The notes under the pieces were generated by a model. The model ran no database searches, had not been told where the DNA came from, and was given only the letters and a program-made list of their open reading frames with translations. 64,000 nt of DNA from Octopus sinensis (lineage: Eukaryota), in contig NC_043000.1 of NCBI RefSeq assembly GCF_006345805.1, positions 120,838,001 through 120,902,000 on the forward strand, read 5' to 3'. How positions within the stretch are numbered: the first letter of the stretch is position 1; every line of letters begins with the position of its first letter. Both the position numbers and the translations under genes were made by a program. Shown piece after piece: positions 13,773 to 27,528 of the stretch.

Positions 13773-15523
13773 GATGCAATTAAATGCTGTGACGATAATT
13801 TTATAAAGCATAGCTTTTGAACAGCACGCTTGTCCACTCCAAGATCTGATGTCCTTTGGTATAAGCGCAGCGCTAATTCATTGATGTCGTCGAATATCAA
13901 GGAAATGACAGCTGAAGAGAAGACTGCCTCAGTACACACTTGGTACTTATTAGAGCTGAGCAGACTGGTACATCGGAAAATATTTTTAAAATGTTGCTTG
14001 AAAGAAATAAATACACCGATCCCACAACTTTGTGTTCATGAAGCAAAACCCTTAACCTCTAACTTATATACCTTTAAACTCACGTGCAAATAAACACTTC
14101 CACAAAGCCACACATCCATAGACACGTTCATATACACATACCTATTTCTAATTCTTCAACAACATACTTCTTAAAAGAAACTCGTAGAAAAGCAAAGAAT
14201 TATATCGGAATTAATGTCTATTAATTTATTTAGACAAGTTATTATCACTTCAAAATAAGAACTAATTGCTTTTATAAATTAAATACATTTCCAATTTATT
14301 TTCAGGTTATCTTTTTATATAAAAAGTAAATAAAATCATGTTAAAATAAATGATGAAGAATATACAAGGTTCATTTTTATTCAATATTCGGAGCAGTATC
14401 TCGAAGATAATCCACAATTTCTTTCGTTGTGCCGGCGAACACAATGGTTCTAAGTTGTTTTTGACGTAACCTGGTGTAAGAGGAACAGAAATACATTGAA
14501 AAGTTAACTGGTATCGACAAATCCCTTTTCGTATAAAGAACAACACAGAATAAGAAATATAATGAAGTTACGAACAAGTTTATACCAAACTGCGATAAAA
14601 TTATTTCTGCCATCCTCCAGTTTGACGGTTATATCGAGTCACAAATCCAAAATTCAACAATTTTCACTTCCTGACAGAGGAGAAAAGAACGTACGCGTTA
14701 ATATTAATACGAAGCACAACAGTTAAAATTTATAAACAGTCACTTAACAATAAATGCTGGTATTAGTTATCTTATATTCCAGATTATGATTAGTAAAAAA
14801 TTCTCCAAGAGATGCGAAGACAATTGTGCAATGTTCTTCCGTTTTCTTCTGGTGTAATCATCTAGGTCAAGGTCATCAAACTGCGGCACACGAGGTCAGT
14901 TCATCTAGCTTCCTTATTCCCCTACTCTTCTTCCTCCTTTTTATTATCATTATCTTTATCCTCCTCATCAGAAAGAATAGCGACAATTACGAAAAAAGTG
15001 AAAAAAAAACCGCTATAACTAGAGCTAATGTGAAAAGAGTAGTACACATGTCAGAGAAAAAATTAAGGGCAAAAATGAATGATAGCAACAACAAAAATAA
15101 AAACAGCAAAACAAAGATCAGTTTCATAAAGGACATCAATGAAACAAAGCAACAACAATTAGAAGATGAACATGATTAGAACGAAAGTGGTATTAAATGC
15201 AACGCTAAAAACTTTGGAAGCTAGCAACAGCATTACAAATATGAATATCAATGTAGTTTCGCAAATACAACAACATTAGGAACAAGTAGAAAGAAGTAGA
15301 AACAAAAAACAACAAAAAAGAAAAATAAAGACCAAAATAAGACCGAAAACAAAAAGCCACCAAAACGACGAAAATGGTGTCGATACACAACTTCCATGAA
15401 GAGCAGCAGTTGAAATCAGAATATCAAATGACAATGGCTAACACGGATATTAACAGCATGATCCGCGAAAACAAATGCGACGACAACGACGACGATGAGA
15501 GTAGCGACAACAACCACAATCTC

Positions 15524-15555
<32 letters not shown>

Positions 15556-15734
15556 CCTGTACCACGACTTCCGCGACAACAAAATCTTGCCAAGCATCAC
15601 ACGACTAGTGAAACGTGTTTAAGATAACTATAGTTAACAGAAGCGTACCATTATAGAAAGAAACAAAAAACTGGAGCAGTTTGATAATTTGCCAGTAGAA
15701 AATCGAAAGATAATATATATATATATATTATATA

Positions 15735-15775
<41 letters not shown>

Positions 15776-15816
15776 CATACATACATACATACATACATAC
15801 ATACATACATGCATAA

Positions 15817-15863
<47 letters not shown>

Positions 15864-16112
15864 ATATATATCTATATATATATATATGTATGTATGTATG
15901 TATATATGATCTATTTTATTCCGGATACATTGTGCTCCTGTTTTTGGCAGATGCTCATTGAGGTCTGTGCTTATGTGATGCTTTCATCAGTGGAATTCTA
16001 TGTTAATCACGTGTGCTGAAATTCATATATCCTGTTGCGCAGAAACCGGTAGGTTGTGGAAGTATCAGAAGTATCAAGAACAAAGCCATAGTTCAATTCG
16101 CTAGTCAAATAA

Positions 16113-16119
16113 TTATGCC

Positions 16120-16159
<40 letters not shown>

Positions 16160-16216
16160 TTGATGATAATAATAATGATAATAATAATAATAATAATAGT
16201 AGTAGTAGTAGTAGTG

Positions 16217-16301
<85 letters not shown>

Positions 16302-16343
16302 GAAGAAGAAGAATAATAATAATAATAATAAGAAGAAGAAGAA
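16113..16343. repeat. Compound trinucleotide microsatellite (GAT/AAT/AGT/AAG)
   Basis: Read directly from the sequence. Confidence 0.95.
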
Positions 16344-18050
16344 TAGGTGGACGACCTAAAGCTGTTTGCCAGGAATGACCAAGAGCTAGAAGGGCTACTA
16401 ACAACTGTTAAAGAGTTTAGCAATGATATCGGGATGGATTTTGGCCTTGATAAGTGTGCTAAAGCAACTTTTGTAAGAGGCAAGCTCAGGCAAATAGCTT
16501 CTGTTAAATTAGATATTGACACTACCATCAAGGAACTTGACCCACAGGAAAGTTACAAATACCTAGGAATCAACGAAGGAGATGGTATACATCATGCTAC
16601 TATGAAGGAAAAGATAAGAAAGGAATATTATAGGAGAATAAGGCTTGTACTGAAGACTGAACTCAACTCCAAAAATTGCATTGAGGCCATTAACACCCTG
16701 GCACTTCCAGTAGTCCAGTACAGTTTTAACATCATTAACTGGAACCTTACGGAACTCCAACGCTTGGACAGGAAGACAAGAAAGTTACTGACATCCAAGA
16801 GCATGCACCACCCTAAGGCAGATGTAGACCGCTTGTACCTACCTAGAAGCAGCGGGGGGAGAGGAATGATGCAATTAGAGCTGTGCTATAAGACCTCTAC
16901 TGTAGGAATGAACAGGTACCTATCTAGTACAAAGGACTGGATGCTGCGACTTGTGTGCGAACACGAAAGCAGCAAAAAGCTGCATTCTATTGTCAAGGAA
17001 GCTTATAAGTTCGAAAGGGAACTAGACGTTAACCTTGAATCAGATGAAGAGTCGGAAACCACTGCTATCAAGCAAGCAAAGCGAATCAAGCAGACTGCAA
17101 AAAAGAACGGGCAGAATCAAATTGAGAGGCGGTGGAGCCAGAAGCCCCTGCATGGACAATATATTCTCCGAAGCCAAAATGCTGATGTAGACCAAGCAAC
17201 AACCCATCAGTGGCTGAAGAGCTCTGGATTGAAAGCAGAGACTGAAGGCTTCATAATGGCAGCACAAGATCAAAGCTTGTTTACCAGAAATTACCAGGCT
17301 AACGTTCTCCGAAACGGTACTGACCCTAAATGCAGATTCTGTGACACATTTGACGAAACAATAGACCATCTCGTTTTGGGATGTCCTGTGCTGACACCAA
17401 ACGAATACAAAAATCGCCACGATAGGGTAGGACAGTATATACATTGGAAGATATGTAAACACTACAAATCCGACACTCCTGCTAACTGGTATGAACACCA
17501 TCCTCAGCCAGTTGTTGAAGGTAAAGATGTCACCATCCTCTGGGATTTTCCAGTCAACACTGACAGAACGATCAAGGCTAATCGACCAGACATAATTGTG
17601 AAAGACAGGGAAGAAAATACCTGCAGACTAATAGAAGTAAGCGTCCCCACTGATAAAAATGTATCTGTCAAGGAATTTGACAAACTTAGTAAATATAAGG
17701 ACCTGGAAATCGAAATACAGAGGATGTGGAATCTTAAAACAAAAACTGTTCCTGTTATTGTAGGTGCCCTAGGTATGATAAAAAAGGGATGTCAGAAACA
17801 CCTAGACAATATCCCTGGAAAACCATGTCTCAAGGAAATCCAAAAGATTGTGCTAACAAGTACTTCCCACATCCTTAGAGAAACCCTATCAATGTAAATG
17901 TTTGTGTTTGCATTACATGGAGATATATCTCTACTTCCCCTCCCCAAGCTTTCAGCTATATTTCAACAACTCTTAACCTTCACTTGCCCTAGGGCGCTGG
18001 GTGTGCTCCGGCAAGTGATTGCATCAAACATGCAGATTAAAAATAAATGA
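16344..18050 (+). mobile_element. Dong/R4-like LINE copy 1 including 3' UTR
   Basis: ORF plus about 150 bp of UTR with a CACTTGCC..GGCAAGTG hairpin, flanked by AAT-rich repeats. Confidence 0.88.
16347..17897 (+). CDS. 5'-truncated ORF of an R4/Dong-clade non-LTR retrotransposon (RT C-terminus, CCHC knuckle, restriction-like endonuclease)
   Basis: Begins at the (Y)xDDLKLF RT motif. Contains FGLDKC, YKYLGI, CRFC-x7-H-x4-C, RHD, and RPDIIV..IEVSVP..KLSKY (PD-(D/E)xK RLE). No stops in 516 codons and no true start codon. Confidence 0.93.
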   Translation: MDDLKLFARNDQELEGLLTTVKEFSNDIGMDFGLDKCAKATFVRGKLRQIASVKLDIDTTIKELDPQESYKYLGINEGDGIHHATMKEKIRKEYYRRIRLVLKTELNSKNCIEAINTLALPVVQYSFNIINWNLTELQRLDRKTRKLLTSKSMHHPKADVDRLYLPRSSGGRGMMQLELCYKTSTVGMNRYLSSTKDWMLRLVCEHESSKKLHSIVKEAYKFERELDVNLESDEESETTAIKQAKRIKQTAKKNGQNQIERRWSQKPLHGQYILRSQNADVDQATTHQWLKSSGLKAETEGFIMAAQDQSLFTRNYQANVLRNGTDPKCRFCDTFDETIDHLVLGCPVLTPNEYKNRHDRVGQYIHWKICKHYKSDTPANWYEHHPQPVVEGKDVTILWDFPVNTDRTIKANRPDIIVKDREENTCRLIEVSVPTDKNVSVKEFDKLSKYKDLEIEIQRMWNLKTKTVPVIVGALGMIKKGCQKHLDNIPGKPCLKEIQKIVLTSTSHILRETLSM

Positions 18051-18080
18051 CAATGATAATAATAATAATAATAATAATAA

Positions 18081-18294
18081 TCCTTTCTACTACAGGCACA
18101 AGGCCAGAAATTTTGGGGGATGGGGAAAGTCGATCACACCACCCCTAGTAATTGAGTGGTACTTAATTCATCGACCCCGAAAGGATGAAAAGCAAAGTCG
18201 ACCTCGATGGAATTTGAACTCAGAACGTGGAGACGGACAGAATTCAGCTAAGCATTTTGTCAACGTGCTAACGAGTCTGCCAGCTCGCCACCTT
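18081..18294 (-). mobile_element. SINE family B (variant tail running into TTA repeats)
   Basis: Minus-strand head GGTGGCGAGCTGGCAGA..TTCTGAGTTCAAATTCC and core GTCGACTTTG..TTTCATCCTTTCGGGGTCGAT. Confidence 0.8.
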
Positions 18295-18471
18295 AGTAGT
18301 AGTAGTAGTAGCAGCAGTAGTAGTAGTAGTATTAGTAGTAGTATTAGTAATAGTAGTAGTAGTAGTAATAATAGTAGTAGTAGTAGTAGTATTAATAATA
18401 ATAATAATAATAATAAATAATAATAATAATAATAATAATAATGATAATAATAATAATAATGATAATAATAA

Positions 18472-19242
18472 TACCAGACCAGCTTATTAAAAACGGCAGT
18501 AGCCCAACATTTCGTGTACATAAACAACAAAATGAAACCATTGATCATGTCTCCATGTGCAGTTTTCTTGCACCTACAGAGTATCTCAACAGGCATGATA
18601 GAGCTGCACAATATATTCACTGGGGAGTTTGCGAAAACCTGGACCTGCCCCATGATAAAAACTGATTGGGACACAAAATACCTCCAGTGTTTGAAAATGA
18701 TCACATCTCACTGCTCTGGAACTTCGCCATTCAAACTGACAGAAAGATAGATGCGAATAAGCCCGACATTATATTCCAAGACTTCAAACAAAAATCATGC
18801 CTCCTCATTGATATGACTGTCCCAATCGACATAAGTGTATCTGTTACGACGTTCCAAAGACTGAGCAAGTATAAAGATCTTGAAATAGAAATTGGCAAAA
18901 TGTGGAACCTGAAGACAAAAACAATACCTGTTGTTAAATGTCACGAAGGAATGATAGCAAAAGGGGCAGATTCCTACCTTGCTCAGATAACAGAAAACCA
19001 CAAAACGGCAGAAATTCAAGAGACAGTGCTCATGGGAACTGCCCATATCCTACGTAAAATACTGTCTATGTAATCTCAAATTTTAAAACAAACTCATAAT
19101 TTTCTTATGGTTACTTAAACATTCTCTAGAACAATACTATGTACAAAACCAAATATATGACACCCTAGGCATAATACCTACATGGACTTCTAACTTATTG
19201 TCTCTCGAGGTCTTTGTACAGATACAAAGCAAAAGTCGAACA
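18472..19242 (+). pseudogene. Dong/R4-like LINE copy 2 (different subfamily), disrupted RLE region plus 3' UTR
   Basis: ETIDHVSMC..RHDRAAQYIHW, an in-frame stop, then LLWNFAIQTDRKIDANKPDII..IDMTVP..KYKDLEIEI..ILRKILSM. Flanked by (AAT)n on both sides. Confidence 0.9.
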
Positions 19243-19256
19243 TAATAATAATGATG

Positions 19257-19313
<57 letters not shown>

Positions 19314-19314
<1 letters not shown>

Positions 19315-19811
19315 GTGTTATCATGTACATTGTTTTGTCTTGGTATAAAAGATGGGCTACAGCAAATATTCTGCTCAATACCACAGATTTGCTTGTCAGT
19401 TGCTTGACCGTAACCAGTTGAGCATGTCCCTTAGTGGCTGACGATATGTGCATCTCTGATCACGAGCAGAAGTAGCGGGGGAGTATCATAGCCATGTGTT
19501 GAGAGGGATTCTTTGGGGTTTGAATAATTCACCTCTGGAAACATGGGTGGTTTTTTCAACATCCTTAAACAACCCTTATTCAGGGACCGTTTGAGCGGGA
19601 TGGGCTACTCAACATGAAGAAAATTCTAACTGGGCCCCACCTGCAAGGTCATGTGCTGTTTACCTTGATATGAGATCACCATGTCGCGCACATATGGTTG
19701 TGATGCATGTGCCTGGTGTACCTTTATCAGACGGGTAGTCATGATGGGTATATTGGGCTTCGTATATTTTACCCCAGTGTCACTTTGATGGCATGAACTG
19801 CTCTCTCACTC
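19314..19811. mobile_element. Non-coding element of about 500 bp embedded in (AAT)n
   Basis: Block of higher GC with sharp borders between two pure (AAT)n tracts. No ORF and no TIRs. Confidence 0.6.
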
Positions 19812-19877
<66 letters not shown>

Positions 19878-19879
19878 AT

Positions 19880-20095
19880 TGTTTCAAAATTTTATACATA
19901 GCCAGACATTTCGGGATAGGTACGATGTTGGTTACATCGGCCCTCGTGCTGTAATGGTACTTAATTTATCGACCCCAAAATGGAGAACGGCAAAGTCTAC
20001 CTCGGTGGAATATGAACTGAGAACGTAATACACTAGAAGAAATGCCGCTAAGCATTATTCCAACGCTTCAACTAGTCAGCCATATCGCTGCTTTC
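19880..20095 (-). mobile_element. Degenerate SINE B
   Basis: GGTACTTAATTTATCGACCCC..GGCAAAGTCTACCTCGGTGGAAT..GAACGTAA. Confidence 0.7.
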
Positions 20096-20191
20096 ATAAT
20101 TAGAATAAAGATGATGATGATGATGATGATAAAAATAACAAGAACATCAACAGCAGCCACAATAATAATGATGATGTTGATGATGATGAGG

Positions 20192-20249
<58 letters not shown>

Positions 20250-20685
20250 GAAGAATAATAATAATAATAATAATAATAATAAGAAGAAGAAGAAGAAGAA
20301 GAAGATTATGATGATGAAGAACAAGTAGAAGATTAAGAATATGAAGAAGAAAGTGGAACTTGCATTAATAGTAATCGAAACACCTTCAAGCAAAGATATA
20401 ACCAAATACAATATTGATAACAGCAACAACAACAGTAAATGCTCATTGTGTGTAGCAATTTTTTTTTTTAGTGTGTGAAGATTACTCACAACAATAAAAT
20501 ATTCTATTTTCTAACTCACAGCGGAGTGATAAAGTGCCGTAAGCACAATGAAAATTGAAAAATACATCAAATATAAACATTACCTGTTAAGTAAATAAAC
20601 GTGCCGATCAGATGGAGTTTCTATTGTTTCGTTGACATACATAAAAATCTATAAAGAGTTTCACATTTTCATTTAAACGCGTTTT

Positions 20686-20708
20686 CATATGAATATATGT
20701 ACATATAC

Positions 20709-20749
<41 letters not shown>

Positions 20750-20900
20750 GTATATATATGTATATATATATATGTATATATATGTATATATATATGTATA
20801 TATGTATGTATATATGTATGTATATATGTATATATATATATATATATATATCTACATGCATTATTATACATACATACTTACGTATATACATACATATATG

Positions 20901-20940
<40 letters not shown>

Positions 20941-21096
20941 TATGTATATATATATGTATATGTATGTATGCATGTACGTATATAAAACACGGTGTAATAT
21001 AAAACTCATATTAACTTTCATTCCCAGCTCTCTTTCTCTCTCTCTCCCCACATCTACATCTACTATATAAACATGCATATAAATATATTATATATA

Positions 21097-21161
<65 letters not shown>

Positions 21162-21273
21162 CATACATGTATACATACACACACAAACACACCCATATAT
21201 ATATATATATATATATACATATATGCATATATATTCATATAATTATGTTTATCTATCTCTTTCTCTTTATATA

Positions 21274-21334
<61 letters not shown>

Positions 21335-21565
21335 GAGAGAGAGAGAAAGGAGGAGACGAATGGAGATAGTGTGAGGTAGTGAGAGAGATGTGCATGTATT
21401 TATACTTTGCGGTTAACAAAATACTCATAGATGTAATATGAGAATATAAGATATCTGAGTTCGAGGAAGACATCTAATTGACGATATGAAATGAAAGTAG
21501 TACATACGTATATACGCGCGTAAGTGTATATATAAATATACATGTGTTTGTGTATGTGCGTGTGT

Positions 21566-21597
<32 letters not shown>

Positions 21598-21695
21598 CAT
21601 ATATATAAATAGTTTGTATATTCGTATATTCATGCAAACATATATATAGTTTATATATTAATATATTCATGCAAACATATATATATGTATATAAT

Positions 21696-21748
<53 letters not shown>

Positions 21749-21779
21749 TTAAATAGTTTATATATTAATATATTATGCA

Positions 21780-21850
<71 letters not shown>

Positions 21851-21930
21851 TGTGAGAGAGAGAGTGAGAGAGAGAGAGAGAGATCGATAGATGGCTAGAT
21901 AGATAGATAGATAGATATATATATAGATAG
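20686..21930. repeat. (AT)n/(GTAT)n/(AG)n field with three copies of an about 38-bp ATAGTTT..ATGCAAACATAT unit (21605-21785)
   Basis: Read directly from the sequence. Confidence 0.85.
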
Positions 21931-22464
21931 ATAGATATGTATACATGCTAACTTGCCTATGTGCTTTCAGAATTACATGCATATATATGCAAAACACACG
22001 CAAATAATGAATGAATCAATGGATACATGCTTCTTTGTGTATGTCTAAATTTTTGTATAACAGTATGCTTGTAATAGTATATGGCAATGTTCGCCGTACA
22101 CAAAGACGTTGATTCCATGAATTCTATAAACACTCTCAGACCACAGAATCGCGAAGTTTCTAATACTTGCTAAATATTATATCTCAAACAATACTTCTGG
22201 ACCAATTTCCTGGTTGATATTTTTGCTTTTAATTTATATCTCTCTGATATTTTACTGATGTCTATTTCTACTCCTTCGTCCTCGTTTCGAACTCACTTGC
22301 ATCAATGGGATTATTACGTTTTCTACTTGCTATTATTCACAAGAATCTCAGACAACCCATTGTTCACATACCATTATCCTAAGAACCCTTCCGATATACA
22401 ATTTCGTTTATTTTTCATTTTTCACTTTTCATTATATTTGACAGCTATCTTCATCCATTTATTG

Positions 22465-22510
<46 letters not shown>

Positions 22511-22694
22511 ATTTATATATATATATATATTTGTATATATTAATATATATGTATATATATATACATATATATATATAAATATTATATATATATATATATA
22601 TATACATACATATATGTGTGTGTATATATATGTATATGTGTGTGTGTGTCTGTGTATGTGTGTGTGTAATTACTCTAATCGAATTTAAGATATA

Positions 22695-22873
22695 CTGTAA
22701 TTTAAAGTGTATAAGGAATCCTCGAGTATAAGGCGCCCACTAATTTTAGGGCTTAAAATTGGGAAATAAAGTTTCGTAAGGGATTACAATATTATCCATG
22801 TATACAAAGCTCCCATATTTTTTAAATCTAATTTTTAACAAAAATAGGGTTCCTTATACACGTTAAGTTATGG
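22695..22873. mobile_element. Tc1/mariner-superfamily (Tc2/pogo-like) MITE
   Basis: Imperfect TIRs CTGTAATTTAAAGTGTATAAGGAA / TTCCTTATACACGTTAAGTTATGG with TA on both sides. Confidence 0.7.
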
Positions 22874-22892
22874 TATATGTATACATACATAC

Positions 22893-22926
<34 letters not shown>

Positions 22927-24529
22927 GATAAACCCTAGATCGTTGGAATTCTTTATTTTCTTCGAACATGTAACCCAAACTCCTTTGAATGCCTATTATT
23001 TTCTCGATGCCATACTTTAATTTAAAAAACATTATCTTTATTCCATTATTATTATGTTTATATGTCCATTATATATCAATATTATTTTGTTTATATTATT
23101 ATATTTATATATTCCCACATATATATATGTACATGTGTTTAAGCTTGGACAATTCATATTTTTATCATAATGAAACCCGTACGGATAGGTGTTAACCGTC
23201 GTTTGCCTGAGTTGACCTTTTACTATTGTATCCATTTTACTTTTATATCGCCTCAGGTTCGACTTGAGTACTTCTAAGCTCTCTATGTGTGTCAAAAGAA
23301 AATTATAACTATATATGTATATATACATGCATATGTGTTTATATTTCTCTATATATATGCATATATATATGTATATATGTATACGTATGTGTATGTATCT
23401 AGGTCGGTATGTATGTATATAGGCACACACATATATATACACATATATACATAAATAAATATTAACGACTGCACTTGTAGTAATACAAAATACCTTTAAA
23501 CTTCTGACTCAAGAGGGAAGCCACTTCTAGCCGCTTTGTATAAGGCAGTCACTACTTATTTTTTCAGATATATACTTATTTTTTAGTCTACCGTTGTCTG
23601 TAATAAATCGCTAAATTATTTAAATGAGGAAGAAGCATCATTGTCGCTTGATCTACAAGAAATGGTAGTCAACTCATTTTCAAAAAACACTTGTACTGTC
23701 TCAGATACCTGGGCAATTCTAATCGCATATGCACATTCTAGAAAGAAGCTAATAATCATTGCGGATTTCGAGAGAAACAAATTTGAATTGTTTGGTATGA
23801 TTCAAATAATGAACGCCTTTCAAGGTAGCTTGCTTGAATCCCTCCTGCACCCCTAAATTTAATCAATTCTCGTATTATCTATTACGGGAGGGCCATACGG
23901 AATAACAATGGAACATGGAAAAAAGAAATTAAAAAACCTAAAATGGCAATATTTGCTTAGTGAAATTGCCTCAAAATACACAGACATTACTGTCCACAAC
24001 GCCACACTGGTTGTTATCTTATTGGTAACATGTGCAAAATATACCATCCGGATTGATTTCAGCTTCTTCGCAGGAGGCTAAAAATTAACCAAAGGTAGAA
24101 ACACTTTACGCAGATCGAGCTCACCACTGCTGACGACACTGCAACTTAATTATTTTATCTCAAACAATTCTGCCTTATTTAACACTCTTCAGAAATAATA
24201 GTAAACAAGATACGTAACTTTGAAACGTTACCTGAAAGAATGTCCGCAAGAAATAGCAGATAATCAAAAGATACGTTGCCGTGATTTAGCTAAGAACAAT
24301 TCCTTCATTGAATGGGCTACGGTCACGGTCACACGTAAGAGAATTTAGAAGTAACTTACAAGATTTTATGAGGCGGTGCATTTAATGTACTGAGTCAAAA
24401 TTGAAAGAAGAATATTCAAGTTTACAACCATGCATACTTTCACACACACACACACAAGCACAGACACTCACGCACGCACGCACACACACGCACTTGCAAT
24501 GTATATGCGTATGTATATATGTATGATTA

Positions 24530-24594
<65 letters not shown>

Positions 24595-24905
24595 CATATA
24601 CACGAAGAGATGGTGAAGTGTTCCTAGTTTTGAGTAACGGACAATACAGGAGGATCATTATTTTATTCAACATAACCGCATCAGAGTCACACATTTATTG
24701 CCACAGTCCTACAGTTTTTCTAAGCACTGTGAAAGAAGTCAGAAGTTTGGGCTTCCAGCCAAGCCTTACGCGATCCCCTTAAAACCAGTAACTGTTACCA
24801 GCAAGCCCTCGTTTAATATATATATATATATTATCTATATATATATATATATATATATACATATGTATGTGTGTGTAGATGCCTATGTATATATATATAT
24901 ATATA

Positions 24906-24939
<34 letters not shown>

Positions 24940-25179
24940 ATGTGTGTGTAGATCATGTTTATATATATATGTGTATGTATATTCACACATACATATATGT
25001 ATACACACACATGTATGTATGTATACGTATATAAATATATAGAAATTCTAATGAAACCTATTAAAGGTTGTATTAACGATGAATAGATAACAGAATAGCT
25101 TTGGTATCGAAACACGTTTGTTAGTAGACATTAATGTCACATCAAAAATCTTAATAGAATATGAATATAACAGTATTGA

Positions 25180-25713
25180 GTGGAGGCGCAATGGTCCAGT
25201 GGTTAGAGTTGCGGGCTCGCGGTCGTAGGATCGCGGTTTCGATTCCCAGATCAGGCATCGTGAGTGTTTATTGAGCGAAAACACCTAAAGTTCCACGAGG
25301 TTCCAGCAGGGAGGGGTGGTGAACCCTGCTGTATTCTTTCACCACAACTTTCTCTCACTCTTTCTTCCTGTTTCTGTTGTACTTGTATTTCAAAGGGGCC
25401 AGTCTTGTCACACTCCGTGTCACGCTGAATCTACCCGAGAACCACGTTAAGGGCACACGTGTCTGTGGAGTGCTCAGCCACTTGCACGTTAATAAATGAG
25501 CTGCGACGTCACTGGTGCAAAGCTGTATCGGCCTTTGCCTTTCCCGTGGATAACATCGGTGGCGTGGAGAGGGGAGGCTTGTATGAGTGGGCGACTGCTG
25601 GTCTTCCATAAACAATCTTGCCCTGACTTATGCCTCGGAGGGTAAATCTCTAGGTGCAATCCCATGGTCAGTCATGACCGAAGGGGGCTACACACACACA
25701 CACACACAACAAA
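25180..25713 (+). mobile_element. SINE C head with long tail type 2, 13-bp TSD
   Basis: tRNA-like head and (CA)n tail. TSD ATAACAGTATTGA at 25167-25179 and 25714-25726. Confidence 0.9.
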
Positions 25714-27013
25714 ATAACAGTATTGAATATGGCATTAATTTCGTACTTCAGGAACGATATAGCAGAACACTTCATATTACAAAGAAAGCTGTAATATGAA
25801 ATCTTTGTTATGACAATAGTTTCTTTGTTGTGACATTAGTGTCTACTTAGATGCCTTAGAAATTATGTGATTATCGTCTTTCATAATTTTAAGTAAGCAT
25901 TTATTAAACAGTGCATAGAAAAAATAACGAAATGCAATACAAAATATTACCAACATCAAAAAATTATTGAAATGGACACAATATCTTTTGTAAATAAACT
26001 TCCGTGGTTTCATAGAATTTAATTTTAGATTAGATTTCTTTGCTGACAAAAGAATACTATCTATTTGCTATTGTTAGTAAATTACTCGACTTTAATTTAT
26101 CGTAAGGATGTGATTGCTATGGAAACGTTAATCCAGTTGTACGAAAATATGTTCTCAGAGCAACAGGTAGATTCTTCTTAGGAAAGCCATATTCAAAGGA
26201 ATTTCAGAATATTCCATTTCATAGCATTGCATTTTTTTATGTATTTAAATCTATAACTACTTTACTATACAAAAGTTTGTAAACATTGCTAAAGAAATTC
26301 TTTTTCCGTTAACTCCAAGGCATAACATATAAACGCTTCACTGGTTTCATTCAAACACCTGTATCGTGTTTCTTCATCTGTTCTATTCTATCACGGCTAG
26401 AAAGAAAAATATAGCATTGCTTGAAATGAATACCAAACTCAGGCTTTCAAATGCAGTCTCTGGGTAATGTTATAAAATAAAATGAGAAGGAAGATAGAAA
26501 ATGTCTGAGAAAGCATCTAAAGGTCAACACCCAATTTTCAAGAACTGCGCAAGTCAAAAGAAGATTCATTTGTTATTTTGGCTCCATTAAATTTGGCGGA
26601 TTTAACAGCCAAATATAGGAACTTGTCTAAGAGTTGAGGTGATGCGAGAACAACGGTAAAGTACAACAATAAACCGATACAACGGTAAATTTTCATAAAA
26701 ATGTGACAGATATGTGCATTCAAGTAAGTGCATGTGTACATCATACATAGATGCACACACACATACATACACACATGCACACGCACATATAGATATATTT
26801 GTTTCCTTATTGATCTATCTATAGATTTACCTTTCACTAGCAATCTAGAAAAGAACACATAAATATGCACGTTCACACATACAGTTCCTTTATATATACA
26901 CATATAGTTACACACATACATATATACATATACATATATGTATTTATATTTATATATATATGAACTTTCGCCTTGTTCATCACAAATCATATATATATAT
27001 ATATATATATATA

Positions 27014-27045
<32 letters not shown>

Positions 27046-27196
27046 AACATATACATAAATATATATATATATAATATGTATATACATACATACATACACA
27101 CATGCATATATATAGCATCCATACATACACACACACACACATACGCACACACACACACACACACCACACACACCACACGCGCGCGCAAACACATAT

Positions 27197-27415
27197 TAAG
27201 GCGGTGAGCTGCCAGAAACGTTAGCACGCCGGGCGAAATGCTTTGGGATATTTCATCTGTCTCTACGTTCTGAGTTCAAATTCCGCTGAGGTCGACTTTG
27301 CCTTTCATCCTTTCGGGGTCGATTAAATAAGTGCCATTCACGCACTGGGATCGATATAATCGACTTAATCCCTTTGTATGTTCTTGTTTGCCCCCTGTAT
27401 ATTTAGCCCTTTTGG
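27197..27415 (+). mobile_element. SINE family B
   Basis: GGCGGTGAGCTGCCAGAAACGTTAGCACGCCGGGCG head plus the B core. Confidence 0.88.
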
Positions 27416-27426
27416 CATACTGATAG

Positions 27427-27457
<31 letters not shown>

Positions 27458-27528
27458 ATATATATATAGTATATATATATATGTATATAGTATATATATC
27501 TGTGTGTGTGTGTGTGTGTGTGTATTCT

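Noticed and set aside
24046-24078. Possible minus-strand micro-exon (PPAKKLKSIRM, NLS-like)
   Set aside because: Only AG/GT dinucleotides and a short peptide, which is expected by chance.
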